Assembly: GCA_001929475.1 (NCBI GenBank)
Contig: LXFE01000603.1
Location: 1 to 34,849, forward strand
Direction: 5' to 3'
Length of the DNA: 34,849 nt
DNA from: Neolecta irregularis DAH-3
Lineage: Eukaryota
Shown: piece by piece, positions 12,576 through 23,064 of the stretch
Position numbering within the stretch: position 1 is the stretch's first letter
Layout: each line of letters starts with the position of its first letter
Translations under genes and position numbers: made by a program
Notes under the pieces: model-generated
Told to the model about the DNA's origin: nothing
Databases searched by the model: none
The model's input: only the letters and a program-made list of their open reading frames with translations

Positions 12576-13302
12576 TTAGAGAATATCGCACTTGTTCATG
12601 ATTTTCTTGCGATCTTTATGAGCAGTTCCAGCGCCAACTTCCTTCCTCATGATCTGTCTACAGAGGTCGGTGAAGACTTCGTCAATGTTGATTCGCTTTC
12701 GAGCAGATGTTTCGTAGAAGGGGGAATTTCCAAACTTTTCAGATAGTTCAATTCCTTGGGCTCTGGACACCACTCGGTCGTCTTCCAAGTCACATTTATT
12801 ACCCACGAGAACGAGCGGGATCTGTATAATGAGCGAGGTAAAGAGGACGACGCACGTCACGGATGTTATCAGTATCTTTTACGCGAAGGATTTGATCATG
12901 GAGATCTTGAAGATCTCTGACGGAGGCTTGCGAAGTAATACTGAAGACGAGCACGAACCCTTGACCGTTCTTCATGTAGAGATCTCTAATCCCAGTGAAT
13001 TGCTCGGTGCCGGCAGTGTCAAGGCTAGTCTGTCAGCGGGGTGATTGTGTGGTTTAAGGGGCTACATTTCGAGGGTGCATTGGCGGCCGTCTATCTCCAC
13101 CATCTTGCGATAGGAATCTTCAATTGTGGGATCTGGGGCATAAGAAGATGGCATGGACGGCAGGATGTACCATATCGCTCAACCCAGACAGAGCTGACGA
13201 ACTGCACGGTCATTGCGGATTTCCCAACACCGCCGCAGCCTTGAGAGTCAGAAGCGGCCAAGACAGGAGAGCACCAAGAACTACAATCTTGTACTCTCTC
13301 AT
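12576..13302 (-). CDS. RSR1: Ras-family small GTPase, Rap1/Rsr1(Bud1) type
   Basis: [43 protein letters not shown] (Thr61 is the Rap signature); [13 protein letters not shown]; CaaX CDIL. Introns 13240-13274, 13133-13170, 13025-13065, 12822-12855. Confidence 0.9.
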
Positions 13303-13438
13303 AGCGACTGGAGGGCTGTGTGGAAAAGATATTCGTCAAGGAGACAAGCAAGGGGAAGTATTGGTGGAAGAATCGGCGGGAGGAGGAGACGGGGGTGTTT
13401 TTCTTGTTATCCACTTATCGGCGGGCTCTCAGCCACCC

Positions 13439-13445
13439 TTTTATA
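13439..13445 (-). promoter_or_regulatory. Candidate TATA box of RSR1
   Basis: TATAAAA on the minus strand, about 137 nt upstream of the ATG at 13302, standing out in GC-rich surroundings. Confidence 0.4.
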
Positions 13446-13538
13446 AGGCGCGTGCCCAAACGGCCGCGGCTATAGCCTTTGAGCAAAGGTTTGTTCTACG
13501 CCGGCAATTCAGACTAGCGGATTCTGTTATTCGCTGGT

Positions 13539-13680
13539 TCCCGGATATCTGCGATATATTGCTCCTCCCGGATATCTGCGATATGTTGTTACCCGCGATA
13601 TCGCCATACTCCAGTTCCTCATCGCCGCTACGGCCTACTCCTGCTACTCGTCGTCGCTGCCCGCGACATCGCCATACTCC
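13539..13680. repeat. Degenerate direct repeats derived from the SND1 3' coding end
   Basis: CCCGCGAYATCGCCATACTCC at 13592-13612 and 13660-13680 (20/21); TCCCGGATATCTGCGATAT exact at 13539-13557 and 13566-13584 (27-nt period). Confidence 0.8.
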
Positions 13681-16458
13681 CAAACGCCCCGGCGCTCCCG
13701 CCGCGCCGCGTCCATCGCCAGCACCAGCTCCCGCCCGGCGCCCTTCTTCAGGCTGACTATGCCCTCGCGCACAAGCTCCGCCGCCACCGCCTGCAGGTCC
13801 AGCCGCAGCACGCCGCCCTCCCGCGACTCCACCACCGCCGCGACAGGATCCGCCAGCGCCCCCAGGAACTGCTTGTACTCTGCGAGATAGTCGTGGTGCA
13901 GTCGCAGGTGCGACGCAGCAGCAGCCTGCGCCTGTCCAGGCAGCGAGCCAAACCGGGGATCGCCAAGCTCGCGAATCTCGTTCTGCGGCAAGGTCTCTGT
14001 GTTTCCGTAATCAATGTATTTCTCCTGGTCAGCACCGGAAATGAACAACAGGGGGAGTTACAACGTCCACTTTGGCGCCAGCAACACGGACGACTTTGGC
14101 TCGATACCACAACCCGTCTTCGCTAAACCTGGCTGCAACCAGCTCGCCGTTGCGGAGTTTCTTGCTGCTCGGCGGCTTGGCTCCCGCATGGAAGCTTCGA
14201 AATTCTTTCATCAATCGATCCAGCTGTTGGACACCTTCATAATAAGACTCCATATATAATATAATACCATACCATCGCCGACGATCTGCACACTCAAGGC
14301 CCCCTCGTCATCCACATCCGTAACGATAACCTGGACCTCTTCCATCCTTGTCCCCACGGGAGTCTCTTCAACAGCATCGACATAGTCCACCCACAGACCC
14401 TTCTTGCCCTCTTTTGCTGCTGTCTGCAGATCGCTATATTTCTTTGGAATATTGTAACCGTTTGCATACCCCCAACCTTGCTCAAGCAAACTTTCGCCAA
14501 AGTCCAAGCCTTTGAGATACAGGGTTCCAATAAACCCCCCGTTCCGGTCGACCCCTTCAATACTAACTTCGACATCTCGTTGTAATACCCGATGAACAGA
14601 ATACCGCAAACTTTCAGGACCATGGGGATCTTCAGAGCGCGGAGACCGAATATTACTCAACACCAACAGAATCTTCACATTCTGATTCCCCAACAATATC
14701 TTGAATCTAGATGCGGAAGAGACAAATTCGACTGTACCGGTCATACGTTTCTGTCGCTGAAATGTGGATAGATAGGATTTGGCTCGGGTGGCGGTTTCAC
14801 TTGCATCAACAATTCGCTGAACTACAGGTGGTTTTATTGAAAATATCCCTTTCTGACTGGTTTGCGACTCGAGTTCGGCAGAGAGTAACTGATCGTAAAT
14901 CGGACTTCTGTCTTCATCGTCCTTCCGGTGACGTACGACAGTAGCGCGTCCTCCTTCGACCAATTTCAAAGCTATATTTCTATTATTTAGAAACCTCAAT
15001 GGAACAAGTACACTTACTGGCCATTCTGAATTATTGTCGCACAGTCACGTTCTTCAAAGCCCTCGTTAGCAGGCTTGGTATAGTCAATCGTAACGTGAAC
15101 TGTTTTCCCAATTATTTTCTTGCGAAGAAATTCTTTGGTTTCTGGGAGCCATGCCGCTTGAGTTGGATCCGCTGCTCTATATCTCTTAATATCTCTACCT
15201 ATATTGGGTCGAGATACTTTGGTTGTCGAATACTGCTAAGCTGAACTCGTTTTTCTTCCCCAGATTTCAGGAGGAGATCGAGAGTATCTCCATTCTGAAT
15301 TCGAAATACAGTAGCATCGAAGGATTTCAAATTCCGGGTCTTTGCAATATGTCCTTTCCATAAATTTAATTTAATTTCTTTTGCCGCTCTTCTAATTAGT
15401 ATTTCTCAATGCATAAATCTACCTTTCAGCATTTCGAAGGGCAGCCATATCATTTCCAACAAGGCTACTCATCCAATCGACACATCTAGCCAGACCTGAA
15501 TTCAGCAATGCCTCGGCGATATTTCCAGCAGGATGTTTAATTAATCCAATAAAGAGATTTCCGGATTGATTTGTACCAAGGAGTGTAATCTTCACAGTTC
15601 GCTGGAGAAGTCGTTGTTCCACAAACCACTTGGCCTTGTACGAATTAGCCTTTGAATCTATGGGATATTTACTTGATCTCCGAATTCTTCTCCAAGTTCA
15701 TTGTTATCGTCACGAGCGGGATTCGGAGCTCGAATTCCGGCGATGATGACTGGTAGCATCTGATGACTATTCCCTGAAAGCAGTAATCGAGCTCGTAATT
15801 GATCCCCGGATCTTACCTGTTCGATAATTGCTGCTCTAGTTATCCAAATGCTCTATTAAATCTGGAATGATGATACCATCAACCTCTCGACCCCTAAATT
15901 CCTCCAAAAACCCAGTCGGTTCAGAAATATCATATTTCACAATCAAACTATCTTTGTTTCTCCAAATTCCTCGTTCTTCCTTCCGAGCAACATCCTCGTA
16001 TCCTTTCAAGATTTCCAAAATCTCTTCATCTCGATTCATGGCATCGTCGCGAAGTCGGACGACTCCCTCTTTCACAGCCACCTGTAGAATATCCTGACCA
16101 TTCAAAAATACCGTGCCGTATTCGCGTTGGGAAGTCGGTACTGTGTAATGAATAACAAAATCGACCTCCTTCCCAACAAGAAGCTTTCGCAAGAATTCTC
16201 GGGAAAAGAAAGCCCACGGCTTTACCAATTAGTTTATCTTTGAAAATCTGATCGCAAAGACATACTTCATCGCCTTCTCGTCGGAGACGAGGAGCAGAGA
16301 CCCACGCGAGAGAAAGGGTTCGTTCGAGAGGCGGTTGGTTTCCTCTGGGTTTTCCGGCGAGAACAATTGTGTCTCCAGAGTTAACTGATCAATTACGCCA
16401 ATTGAAACAACTTGAAGCAAATACCCAATTTTACTTTTGCGTGCATAGTTCCTTGCAT
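13644..16458 (-). CDS. SND1: Tudor-staphylococcal nuclease (Tudor-SN/p100)
   Basis: AKVKLVNSGDTIVL; APRLRREGDEPWAFFSREFLRKLLVGK; GNIAEALLNSGLA; VVRHRKDDEDRSPIYD; Tudor ARFSEDGLWYRAKV...YIDYGN; C-terminal GVWEYGD. Introns 16385-16424, 16220-16265, 15831-15876, 15635-15672, 15389-15422, 14980-15017, 14235-14272, 14025(or 14022)-14061. Start is 16458 or 16446. Confidence 0.92.
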
Positions 16459-16728
16459 TTTTGATGGAGAGAGAAGTTGTTGATGATGATGTGCTTGCGT
16501 CACCAGATCGACGACAGAATTTGTGGAGGTTTGGTAGGGCAGGAGCCTGCTTCTACGTTCTAGTTATGAACCAAACTTCATCCGATTTTCTATTTTAGTG
16601 ACGACTAGTTTTCATATTTTGGAAAACGCAGGATTAATGAACAGATGATACATGAACGGACGACTATGCAAAATAATCACAGTAATGTTAAACAGCCATG
16701 GACGTTTATTTTTGATGCCAGAGCAGAT

Positions 16729-17825
16729 TCAAGCTTGTTCCAGCTTTTTCTTCAACAACTCTTTCAGAGAAACAGCATCTGCTGCAAATTTTCGAATACC
16801 TTGAAAGTGAGCTGTTCACATTCAAAGAGGAGACATACCATCACTCAATTTATCAACAGCCATTTCATCTTCATTGAAAGCCCATCGGAATTCCGACTCA
16901 TTGTTAATGTACGATACTTTTTCCATCTTTTGTGATTTCGCTATTCCATGTCAATCGACTATAAAAAAGGAAAGATGAACTACCACTTTCTGGCGAGAGC
17001 TTTGCCGTGATTTTAGTGTTGGAGTTTTTGAGTTCGGAGAGGAGAGAAGGTGAAATGGTAAGATAGTCACACCCAGCCAGTTCAATGATTTGATCGGTGT
17101 TACGGAAGCTCGCACCCATGACAATTGTCTTGAATCCGAATCGTTTGTAGAATTGATAAATTTGTGTAACTGTTTGAACACCAGGATCTTCGGAACCATT
17201 GTAGTTCTTCCCGGTCTTGGCTTTGTAGAAATCAAGAACGCGGCCAACGAAAGGGGAAATAAGAGTAACACCGGCTTCTGCACATGCCACTGCCTGAGCA
17301 AAGCTAAACAAGAGAGTCAGATTGCAGTGCACGCCATGGTCTTTTTCGAGAATGCGTGCGGCGTGGATACCTTCCCAAGTGGACGCGATTTTGATCAAGA
17401 CGCGGTCCTTGGAGATTCCCTGTTCCTTATACAGATCAATGATATGGAGCGCTTTCTCGATGGTTTTCTTGGTGTCGAAAGAAAATCGAGCATCAACTTC
17501 AGTGGAGACGCGGCCGGGGACGATCTTGAGGATTTCTCGGCCGAATTCAACCAGGAGACGATCGAGAGTTGCATCTGTCTTGGCGCAGAGAGGACCTGAA
17601 TAATGTTTGCCGTACTTTACAGCGGCATCGATGAGGTGAGAATAGGCAGATTTCTGGGCAGCGACGAGCAGGAGAGATGGATTTGTGGTTGCATCCTGAG
17701 GTTCATACTGCGCAATGCTTTCAAAGTCGCCACTGTCACTAACGACAACAGTTCCGATTGCCTACTCAGAGTTAGACAGGTCAAGGAAAGCCGGGTGCTT
17801 TGAGCTGGTCGAGTACAGACGTCAT
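16729..17825 (-). CDS. TAL1: Transaldolase
   Basis: [53 protein letters not shown] (Schiff-base Lys); [26 protein letters not shown]. Introns 17762-17798 (GC-AG), 16941-16983, 16800-16838. Confidence 0.95.
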
Positions 17826-17942
17826 GGTGGAGAGTGAACCACTGACGCGCGGCCTGAAATAGTGGCTTGTCGGCCCGTGACTTTGTTATATTGCTTGTTT
17901 ATTAATGAAATTAGCCGCTTTACTTGATCTGCCATCTTCCCC

Positions 17943-18368
17943 ATGTACTTCAAAACACTGTGGCCTTCTCCCTTGGCCTTTCTTTTCCATTTACCTAAAA
18001 AACCTTCCAAGCGCAAGCTCTTTGGCCGCAAATGCTCCTTTCGTATACCGCAACAAGTCCGAGAGATCCGCGACGACATCACCCAAAGTCAAGCCTCCAC
18101 CTACGCTGACTCGGTTTTTTCAGCAGAAAGCATTGGGACCGAAACAGATGCCAGCACTTTACACACTAGTCTCAAGAGGAAATCTCGTGCGATCCGGATG
18201 CATCCACACAATCGCTGATGTGCAGGCTATTCGCAGATTTGTTTCCTAGAGATCTTTGATGACGAGATCTGCATTTCCACTCGTTTCCGGAAGTTTTTGC
18301 AACTGTTGTTCATTTACATTCTTTTGACTTGTCGCCGACCTGAAAGCCCGAAATCGTGGTCCCCTTGA
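17943..18368 (+). CDS. Hypothetical small protein, divergent from TAL1
   Basis: 91-aa ORF from ATG 17943. Removing a 39-nt GT-AG intron (18187-18225, branch-like GCTGAT) extends it with RYSQICFLEIFDDEICISTRFRKFLQLLFIYILLTCRRPESPKSWSP to TGA 18366-18368. No family recognised. Confidence 0.4.
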
Positions 18369-18831
18369 ATCGGTGCCTACTAACGCCGTAGTGTAATTTA
18401 TTATCTGATCAACAAACTAAAAACCCGAGAGAATATTGTGAACGTACGTAGAGATATGGCCTTGAGCCTACCGAGTTGGGGGTTTATGTAACTGCATAAT
18501 CTTGTTCTTATTTCGATTGAAAATAAAGTCATACTTTCCAATTCCACATTTTGCTTCCCTACTTACAACAACTTCTTTTCGCTTTGCTGTCCCATCGTCC
18601 ACAGTATTCCAATTAGCCCTCAAGAAGACCTTTTCAAGGTGGGCAGGCTGCGACTACATAGAAATCGGACGCAGCTGAAGCGGAATAAGCAGGGGAGAGA
18701 AATTTGTACAACGGGAGTCTTCGGCAAAAATATATATTACAACGAAATGACGTTGCTATACACCCAAAGAAACATCACTGATCCCCCTTAGGCCTTTTCA
18801 CACTGCACTAGATTTCGATCATCTTCGATAT

Positions 18832-19617
18832 CTAAATTGTATTGGCAGATGCAAGACCTTTCCGCATCTGTGGATGCTTAATCTGAGCGTACATTGGAAA
18901 ATTTATCTCTTCATCGATATCATTCCGCTTTAGTAGTGGGGATTTCTTTTGCGCTTTATTTGGCGGTAACTTGCGTCTGAGTTTCTCTGCGGCGGCAAAT
19001 TTCTGTTCATTCGTGTTGATTCCCTCAATCTTGGAGGCTAACCCCATTCTCATTTGCGGTGTTTCGATCTGACTATCCTCCGGGATATCGAATTCATCAT
19101 TGGTGACTTTCTTCATTACTCTTCGAGCTTTAAATTCCGGTTGGGTACTTGGATTCAAACCATATCGATGGCCTTGCAAAGGTCGATTCTCCATAGTCTT
19201 ATCGGTATTTAATGTGCCTAAAGCAGGTTGCGTCGACGATAAAGCAGGTCTTTGTCTAGGGACCGGTCGAACCTTATTCGATAATAGCGCAGGTCCTCGT
19301 CTAGGTACTGGTCGAAACTTTGCATTAAAGTCATCGAAATAGGGAAAATCATCCGAAGAAAGCTTTTCAAAAACGCCTTTTGGATGTTGTAGTTGCCTGC
19401 CAGTGACCTGCTCCTTTCCATTGCCTATAACAGCTCTCCGCCATTCTGTTCTGAGTATTCTGGGAATCTTGTTGCTGGAAAAAGAGCTAAAGGCAAATGT
19501 ATTTGGAAATGGTTCTTCGCGATGACTTTCAATACTTTGCGCCTGCGCGGGGGTTGGGGCTTTTTTACCAAATGTGAAGCTTGCTAGAGACGATAGAAAT
19601 ATGAAAGCGTAATGCAT
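18832..19617 (-). CDS. Orphan putatively secreted basic protein with internal repeats and dibasic sites
   Basis: 261-aa ORF; hydrophobic N-terminus MHYAFIFLSSLASFTFG; repeats KFRPVPRRGPALLS/KVRPVPRQRPALSS and PQMRMGLAS/PQMRKGLAS; many KK/KR/RR pairs. Confidence 0.65.
   Translation of the reverse strand: MHYAFIFLSSLASFTFGKKAPTPAQAQSIESHREEPFPNTFAFSSFSSNKIPRILRTEWRRAVIGNGKEQVTGRQLQHPKGVFEKLSSDDFPYFDDFNAKFRPVPRRGPALLSNKVRPVPRQRPALSSTQPALGTLNTDKTMENRPLQGHRYGLNPSTQPEFKARRVMKKVTNDEFDIPEDSQIETPQMRMGLASKIEGINTNEQKFAAAEKLRRKLPPNKAQKKSPLLKRNDIDEEINFPMYAQIKHPQMRKGLASANTI
19235..19324. repeat. 45-nt imperfect tandem duplication inside the secreted-protein ORF
   Basis: GACGATAAAGCAGGTCTTTGTCTAGGGACCGGTCGAACCTT vs GATAATAGCGCAGGTCCTCGTCTAGGTACTGGTCGAAACTT, giving a 15-aa period. 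Confidence 0.7.
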
Positions 19618-19940
19618 AATATGCGAGCGCCAAGAGCGGATCCCGAAGCTTTTTATCCAACGCCTCCTGCAAATGTCTCAGCATAACGACGCATTTGGAT
19701 TATACTGTTGAACTCGATGAAACGGGAAATTACACGTGATGAAATTGGAAAATGTGTAACTCGTGATGAAGGACAACTTTAAACCATTCCGAGATCATGT
19801 CATATTCATTAACGAGGTGGGCTTGTTTGAGAGAACTTTGGCCACCTCTCCGAAATATACGAGGATTCTACACGGACCAGTCTCATCAAACAAACAAAAA
19901 AGACGCTAAACTCCAAGACCACATTGCCCGGAAACAGTAT

Positions 19941-22573
19941 CTATATTTCAATACCATCGTTGGGCTCAGAATCAGATTCCGATCTATTAGATGTAGGTGG
20001 AAAGTCCTTTGATAAATCGCTTTTTGAAATTCCTCCAGCTGGAGGTTTTATCCTTGTAGCCCGTCCTGTCCGCCCCATAGGCGTATGAGGAGGCGGACGA
20101 GAAGGCGGTAAAATTGGAGAAACGGCAGTTCCCAATGGCATATCAGACATTTCAGTTCTCAGGTAGAATGGATGTTCGGGTTTTTGTGAGCCTTGGAAGG
20201 CAGGTTCAGGCATGGCAACACGAGCAAGATCTTCATCTGCTGTGCGAATTCGTCGTGGGTCATGTGGAGAGACATAGCTTGTACTGTCGTCTCTTGAATA
20301 TTCGGCAGGGGATGACTTCAACCCACCACTGTTATTATTTTCTTTGAACCATCGAAAGGGTTTAAATCGGTCTCTTACTTCTCGAACTTTTACACTTGAA
20401 GTTTTCTTTGACGTTGGTCTTAGCACCGGTGTAGTAACAGGATCATCCGGTGTTCTTCGCTTTTTTTGATGTCGAAGTGGCGATGCAGGTAGATCACCCC
20501 TCCTGGGCCTTGATCGTAGAACAGGAGACTTTCCAGATTCAGGTACATTAGGCATTGCAATTTTCTCTTCAAAGTCGCTTTTTGGGTAGGGAAAGGGGGA
20601 AGATGACACTGTTTGCGGTATTGAATCTTTTGACTTTCGTTTCAGACGCCGTCTTTGGGGTTTCTCCGATGATGAAGCAGACACTGAACTGCTTGAACTG
20701 AAATTTCGTTGCTTTTTATGTTTCGGACGAATTGTAAAGCGATCTTCAGCAATAACGATATCTTTTATTCCTTTGTAAGACTTTCCTTCAATCCTCCAGT
20801 ATTCCCTACCCCAGATCCACCCAATGCCTAGCCATCAGATCATCAACCTTAAATGGCATACTGATGAAGCAGATGGTTAAAAACAACAAGATTGATCCAT
20901 AATTCCAGGTTCTATAATCAACAGGTTTGAAACGAGGAAATAGAGCCACGGCAAGTTGAAACAGAACCCAGAAGATTGCAGTTGAATTTGACAGTGAGCC
21001 AACTATTCCTAGGTGAAAGCCACGATGAAATGGGAGAGTGTGTCTTCCTCGAAATGAGATGACAAGAAGCGGAATAACTGTGTGTCAGTAATACATGCGA
21101 GAGCAAAGGATACGGTATATGACTTGATAAACAATTGGACCAAACGTTGTAAGAGTTTGAAAGACCAGTGGATCGACAAAGTAGAACATTATGACAACCA
21201 TTGGAACCATCACAGTCACCACTATTGCGTTTTTGGGAGTTTGATAGCGGCAATGCAAAAGGAATAGACTAGCTGTAAACATTATGTTGATAAGAGGGCG
21301 TACCCATGGTGTCCAGACTCTCTCGAGACACTCCATAACACCTTACTGGAGCATGATATCAACATAGACGAAGCGATTAGCCCGAATATTGTGACCATAC
21401 CAGTTAGTATCGTAGCTATAACGTTATACGTGGCATGATTGGCAAGGAGAGTAAGATATGCTGATGGAATATTCAGATATACAGGATAAGCTGAAGGAAG
21501 ACCAGATTTAGGAATAATGAAGAGTAGCGCAAGAAGGAATATCGTGCCGGTACATATATTTATCAATGTTGAGCATATGATTGCTTTGGCAACTCCGAAT
21601 TTTGGATTAAGTGCTTCCTCTTGGAGAGACGAAACGCTTTCGAACCCGGTGAACGTAAATGAAGAAGTCATTATACCGAGGGTAAAGACATAGCTATTGG
21701 TTGTCCAACTAGTTGTTAGCTATATAGATGAGGTGGAAATACCCGCTCGAGTTTATCCAACCAAAGAAAGCAGTCCCAGCGCTGTTTACGCGAGGCGCCA
21801 TTCCCAACGCCATGGCAACAGAAAGAACAGTCCCCAAAAAAGTGAAAATTACTGCAAGTGTTATAAGAGTAAAGCAAGAAAGTTACGAAACGGGGTTACA
21901 AGCGAAACGGTTGTCAATTGGCTGCCTATATTCCACAGTGCCAAGATCAACAAGAACAAGAGCGAGGTCAAAATAACATGCCAGTCTTGGGTATTGAACG
22001 AGGAGTGAAATAGAGGTATGATGCCAAATATTTGATATGCGGAGCCAAAGGTTAGCTGTGTAATTAACAGCCATTGGGCGATAAGTGTTAAATATGCGGC
22101 AAGAAATGACTTTATATTAGGACCAGTTACAAGTAATTCTGTTACCAGATAACGCCTATATGAGGCGCTACTAAGATGGAATATCCATACCCATGGACCA
22201 CCATTTACTGGGAAGCAACTTGCTATTTCGGCTATACTGAGGGCTTGATAGTCAGATATTTCAACAATCGTAGAGATCACCTAGAGGAATTGTCATGAGA
22301 CAACTAATTAGCCATCCCCAAAACATAACTTCCTGACCCCCCCAAATTACATAGTTGGAAAGATTATTGACGATCTGACTGACCGGCCTATATATCACCG
22401 TCAGACCCTGAATCTTGAGATACATACGAAACAATTAAAGCTTGGATAGCTATTATTTGCCACACTGTAAATCCACGTTTGAGTATGGGCTGGTATCCCA
22501 TCAGTTCTAGGTCAATGTCATCCTGGCGAATCTGGCGAGCAAGAGCCCTCAGGTGAGGAGGCGGGCGATTCAT
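19941..22573 (-). CDS. APC-superfamily amino-acid/amine permease (GABA/choline-transporter-like) with a long hydrophilic C-terminal tail
   Basis: LELMGYQPILKRGF; WGGQEVMFWGW; SIAEIASCFPVNGGPWVW; FTGFESVSSLQEEALNP; WSVSRESG; TPKNAI; FPRFKPVDYRTWNY. Introns 22388-22427, 22244-22280, 22110-22145, 21852-21886, 21709-21742, 21269-21303, 21078-21113, 20828-20861. Last exon 19941-20827 is in frame with the 247-aa ORF of the track. Confidence 0.82.
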
Positions 22574-23064
22574 ACGTCAAGAGTTGCTGCGATCGACCAG
22601 TGAAGAGGAGAGCACACGCGGTGGTTCAAGAAGAACTTTCTTTTCTAATGTTTATTGTTTTGAAGGATGGAATTACACTATCGTTATTTCGGTTAGTGCT
22701 CTTCTCGGGTTCTTTAAACTCCGTTAAAGCTTTGAAATGAAGATCAGGAAACAGATTCTAGTGATAATCCATTTTCCGGTAAGTTTGCAACCAATTCACT
22801 TGATAAAGTCAACCAATACAAATGACTCAATCCAAGCGATGGTCATGTTTCGTTTGTCCATAGGCAGAAAGGGGTTAATAAGCCTGATCTTCTTCCAACA
22901 TAGACAAAAAGTGGTGCTCTGGAGATGATGGAAATTTTATAATATTGTAAAAGCAGCCGGTGGGAATTTGGAATAGTCAAAAGTGTTTTGATCTAGAGGT
23001 TTTCAGATCTTGGGGATTCATTGGAGTTCGATCTAAAAACTTAACACCACAGCTACTAACTGGG

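Noticed and set aside
13539-13612. CRISPR-like array
   Set aside because: Eukaryotic context, only two exact copies, 8-nt gaps instead of spacers, and no cas genes.
13124-13756. 210-aa plus-strand ORF and other overlapping ORFs in the GC-rich zone
   Set aside because: They are antisense to RSR1 and SND1, and stop codons are scarce because of high GC; no recognisable motifs.
17090-17599. 169-aa ORF antisense to TAL1
   Set aside because: A shadow frame of a conserved coding gene; no independent evidence.
19736-19860. Box C/D snoRNA (GTGATGA box C-like motifs)
   Set aside because: No CTGA box D or terminal stem at a suitable distance.
19941-20684. Stand-alone 247-aa gene
   Set aside because: It starts at GTG and is in frame with the last exon of the permease, so it is treated as the permease tail.
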